A stretch of 38,936 bases of DNA. Origin: Alphaproteobacteria bacterium (GTDB lineage: Bacteria; Pseudomonadota; Alphaproteobacteria; Sphingomonadales; Sphingomonadaceae). The first letter of the stretch is position 1. Every line of letters begins with the position of its first letter. Both the position numbers and the translations under genes were made by a program. The DNA is taken from positions 1 through 38,936 of the forward strand of contig VBAE01000093.1 of NCBI GenBank assembly GCA_005882415.1, written 5' to 3'. Of the stretch, positions 36,929 to 38,936 are shown piece by piece. A model generated the notes under the pieces. It was not told where the DNA came from and did no database searches. It was given only the letters and a program-made list of their open reading frames with translations.

Positions 36929-36947
36929 GCTAGCGTTTTGCGCTAGC
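36929..36947. promoter_or_regulatory. hicAB operator palindrome
   Basis: GCTAGCG-TTTTG-CGCTAGC abutting the hicA start. Confidence 0.6.
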
Positions 36948-37075
36948 GCTTGGGGGAGTGCAAGCACGAAGTGATAGCGCATGGGAGAGTTGCCCGCTTC
37001 CTCCGCGCCTCCGCGTCTCCGCGCGAACCCAAACCGCCCCCGGCTCACGCGGAAGCCCCGGCAGCCTCGCGGGGC

Positions 37076-37183
37076 CCCCTCCACCATGGTCAGGTGAACA
37101 GTCCGCCGGACTGTTCAGCCCTGTCCGGGGGACAGGGCGACCTGACCATTGCGGGTGGTCCCCCTCCCCGTTCCGGGGAGGAG
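37076..37183. repeat. REP (CCCTCCACCA..TGGTCCCCCTCCCC family) with a 64-bp Y-shaped element (37086-37149) in its loop
   Basis: ATGGTCAGGT...ACCTGACCAT enclosing GAACAGTCC-GCC-GGACTGTTC and GCCCTGTCC-GGG-GGACAGGGC. Confidence 0.8.
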
Positions 37184-37185
37184 CT

Positions 37186-38936
37186 TCAGGCGGCTTCGCT
37201 GCGGCGGCTTTGACGCTTGCGCTCGTGAGGATCGAGATGCCGCTTCCTCAACCGGATAGCCTTGGGCGTAACCTCCACCAGCTCATCGTCCTGGATGTAG
37301 GCAATCGCCTGCTCCAGCGTCATCCGCTTCGGCGGAGTCAACCGGATGCTCTCATCCTTCGGCCCGCTCGCCCGGAAGTTGGTGAGCTGCTTGGATTTCA
37401 ACGGGTTCACCTCCAGATCCTGCGGCTTGGCGTTTTCGCCGATTATCATGCCTTCGTACAACTTGTCGCCCGGCGCGATGAAGAGGACTCCGCGGACTTC
37501 GATCGAGTTCAGGGCGTAGGCGACGGCCTCGCCCTGCTCCATCGAGATGAGGACGCCGTTCTGGCGGCCCTGGATCGGGCCCTTATAGGGGCCGTATTTC
37601 TCGAACAGGCGGTTCATGATGCCGGTGCCGCGGGTGTCGCTAAGGAACTCGCCATGATAGCCGATCAGGCCGCGGCTGGGCGCGCTGAACGTGAGGCGCG
37701 TCTTGCCGCCGCCCGAGGGGCGCATGTCGGTCATCTCGGCTTTCCTCAGCGCCATTTTCTCGACGACGGTGCCCGAATGCTCGTCGTCGACGTCGATGAC
37801 GACCGTCTCATAGGGCTCCTCGCGCGAGCCGTTCTCTCCGTCGCGGAAGAGGACCCGGGGGCGGGAGATGGAGAGCTCGAAGCCTTCGCGGCGCATCGTC
37901 TCGATGAGCACGCCGAGCTGGAGCTCGCCGCGGCCGGCGACTTCGAACGCGTCCTTCTCCTGGCTCTCGGTGAGGCGGATCGAGACGTTCGATTCGGCTT
38001 CCCGTTCGAGGCGGTCGCGGATCACCCGGCTCTGCACCTTGTCGCCGTCGCGGCCGGCATAGGGGCTGTCGTTGACCGCGAAGCTCATGGCGAGCGTCGG
38101 CGGGTCGATCGGGCGGGCGGCGACCGGCACGGTGACGGCCGGGGCGGCGATGGTGTTGGACACGGTCGCATTGGTGAGGCCGGCGATGGCGACGATGTCG
38201 CCCGCCTGGGCGCTGTCGACGGGCACCCGGTCGAGGCCGCGGAAGGCGAAGACCTTGGTGGCGCGGCCGGCTTCGACTTCCTTGCCGTCGACGTCGAGCG
38301 CCTTGATCGGCATGTTGACGTCGAGGCGGCCGCTCTCGATCCGGCCGGTGAGGATCCGGCCGAGGAAGGGATCGCGGTCGAGCAGGGTGGCGAGCATCTT
38401 GAACTCGCCCTCGGTGTCGAGGCCCGGGGCCGGGATGTGGTTCAGGATGGTCTCGAACATCGGCGTCAGGTCGCCCGAGCGGACGTCGTCGGTGAGGCCC
38501 GCATAGCCGGCGCGGCCCGAGGCGTAGAGGACGGGGAAATCGAGCTGCTCGTCCGAGGCGTCGAGGCTGAGGAACAGCTCGAAGCATTCGTCGAGCACTT
38601 CGGCCGGGCGGGCGTCGGGGCGGTCGATCTTGTTGACGACGACGATCGGGCGAAGGCCGAGGCCCAGAGCCTTGCCGGTGACGAACTTGGTCTGCGGCAT
38701 CGGGCCTTCGGCCGCGTCGACGAGCAGGATGACGCCGTCGACCATCGAGAGGATGCGCTCCACCTCGGCGCCGAAATCGGCGTGGCCGGGGGTGTCGACG
38801 ATGTTGATGTGCGTGGTGACGCCGTCATGCTCCCACTCGACCGAGGTGCATTTGGCGAGGATGGTGATCCCCCGCTCCTTCTCCAAGTCGTTGGAATCCA
38901 TGGCTCTTTCTTCCACGCGCTGGTTGTCGCGGAAGG
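37186..38936 (-). CDS. typA: Translational GTPase TypA/BipA (5' end outside window)
   Basis: [17 protein letters not shown]; DTPGHADF; NKID; GRGELQL; KQLTNFRA; DELVEVTP. Confidence 0.98.
   Translation of the reverse strand, partial: FRDNQRVEERAMDSNDLEKERGITILAKCTSVEWEHDGVTTHINIVDTPGHADFGAEVERILSMVDGVILLVDAAEGPMPQTKFVTGKALGLGLRPIVVVNKIDRPDARPAEVLDECFELFLSLDASDEQLDFPVLYASGRAGYAGLTDDVRSGDLTPMFETILNHIPAPGLDTEGEFKMLATLLDRDPFLGRILTGRIESGRLDVNMPIKALDVDGKEVEAGRATKVFAFRGLDRVPVDSAQAGDIVAIAGLTNATVSNTIAAPAVTVPVAARPIDPPTLAMSFAVNDSPYAGRDGDKVQSRVIRDRLEREAESNVSIRLTESQEKDAFEVAGRGELQLGVLIETMRREGFELSISRPRVLFRDGENGSREEPYETVVIDVDDEHSGTVVEKMALRKAEMTDMRPSGGGKTRLTFSAPSRGLIGYHGEFLSDTRGTGIMNRLFEKYGPYKGPIQGRQNGVLISMEQGEAVAYALNSIEVRGVLFIAPGDKLYEGMIIGENAKPQDLEVNPLKSKQLTNFRASGPKDESIRLTPPKRMTLEQAIAYIQDDELVEVTPKAIRLRKRHLDPHERKRQSRRSEAA

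Noticed and set aside
36998-37030. CTCCGCG short tandem words
   Set aside because: Single low-complexity occurrence in the window; cannot be assigned to a family from this sequence alone

Overview
GC-rich alphaproteobacterial chromosomal window, most likely Sphingomonadaceae (inferred from gene content, REP families and EcfG/CtrA/LexA-type motifs). Core genes are rplK-rplA, rplJ-rplL, pcs, an M20 peptidase, an MFS-HlyD-OMF efflux operon, a SleB-type hydrolase, EVE, DODA and a partial typA. Accessory blocks: (i) 3.5-7.7 kb has a fused restriction-modification-like gene, a NucS-like/DUF5655 nuclease, a methyltransferase remnant and higBA; (ii) 25.2-27.1 kb has two paralogous small membrane proteins coupled to an EndoG/NucA nuclease; (iii) 30.4-36.9 kb has single genes or small modules (entericidin/EF-hand lipoprotein, LexA-box HTH gene, yefM-yoeB, C-protein-like XRE, a DUF5343-like + HEPN pair, hicAB) separated by copies of a ~125 bp multi-hairpin repeat. 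Several palindromic repeat families occur, including small elements nested in other REPs, in the rplK leader and almost in frame inside a CDS. Multiple small frameshifts or deletions may be assembly errors. No rRNA, tRNA, CRISPR array, integrase or transposase was seen. Family names come from motif recognition only; no searches were run.
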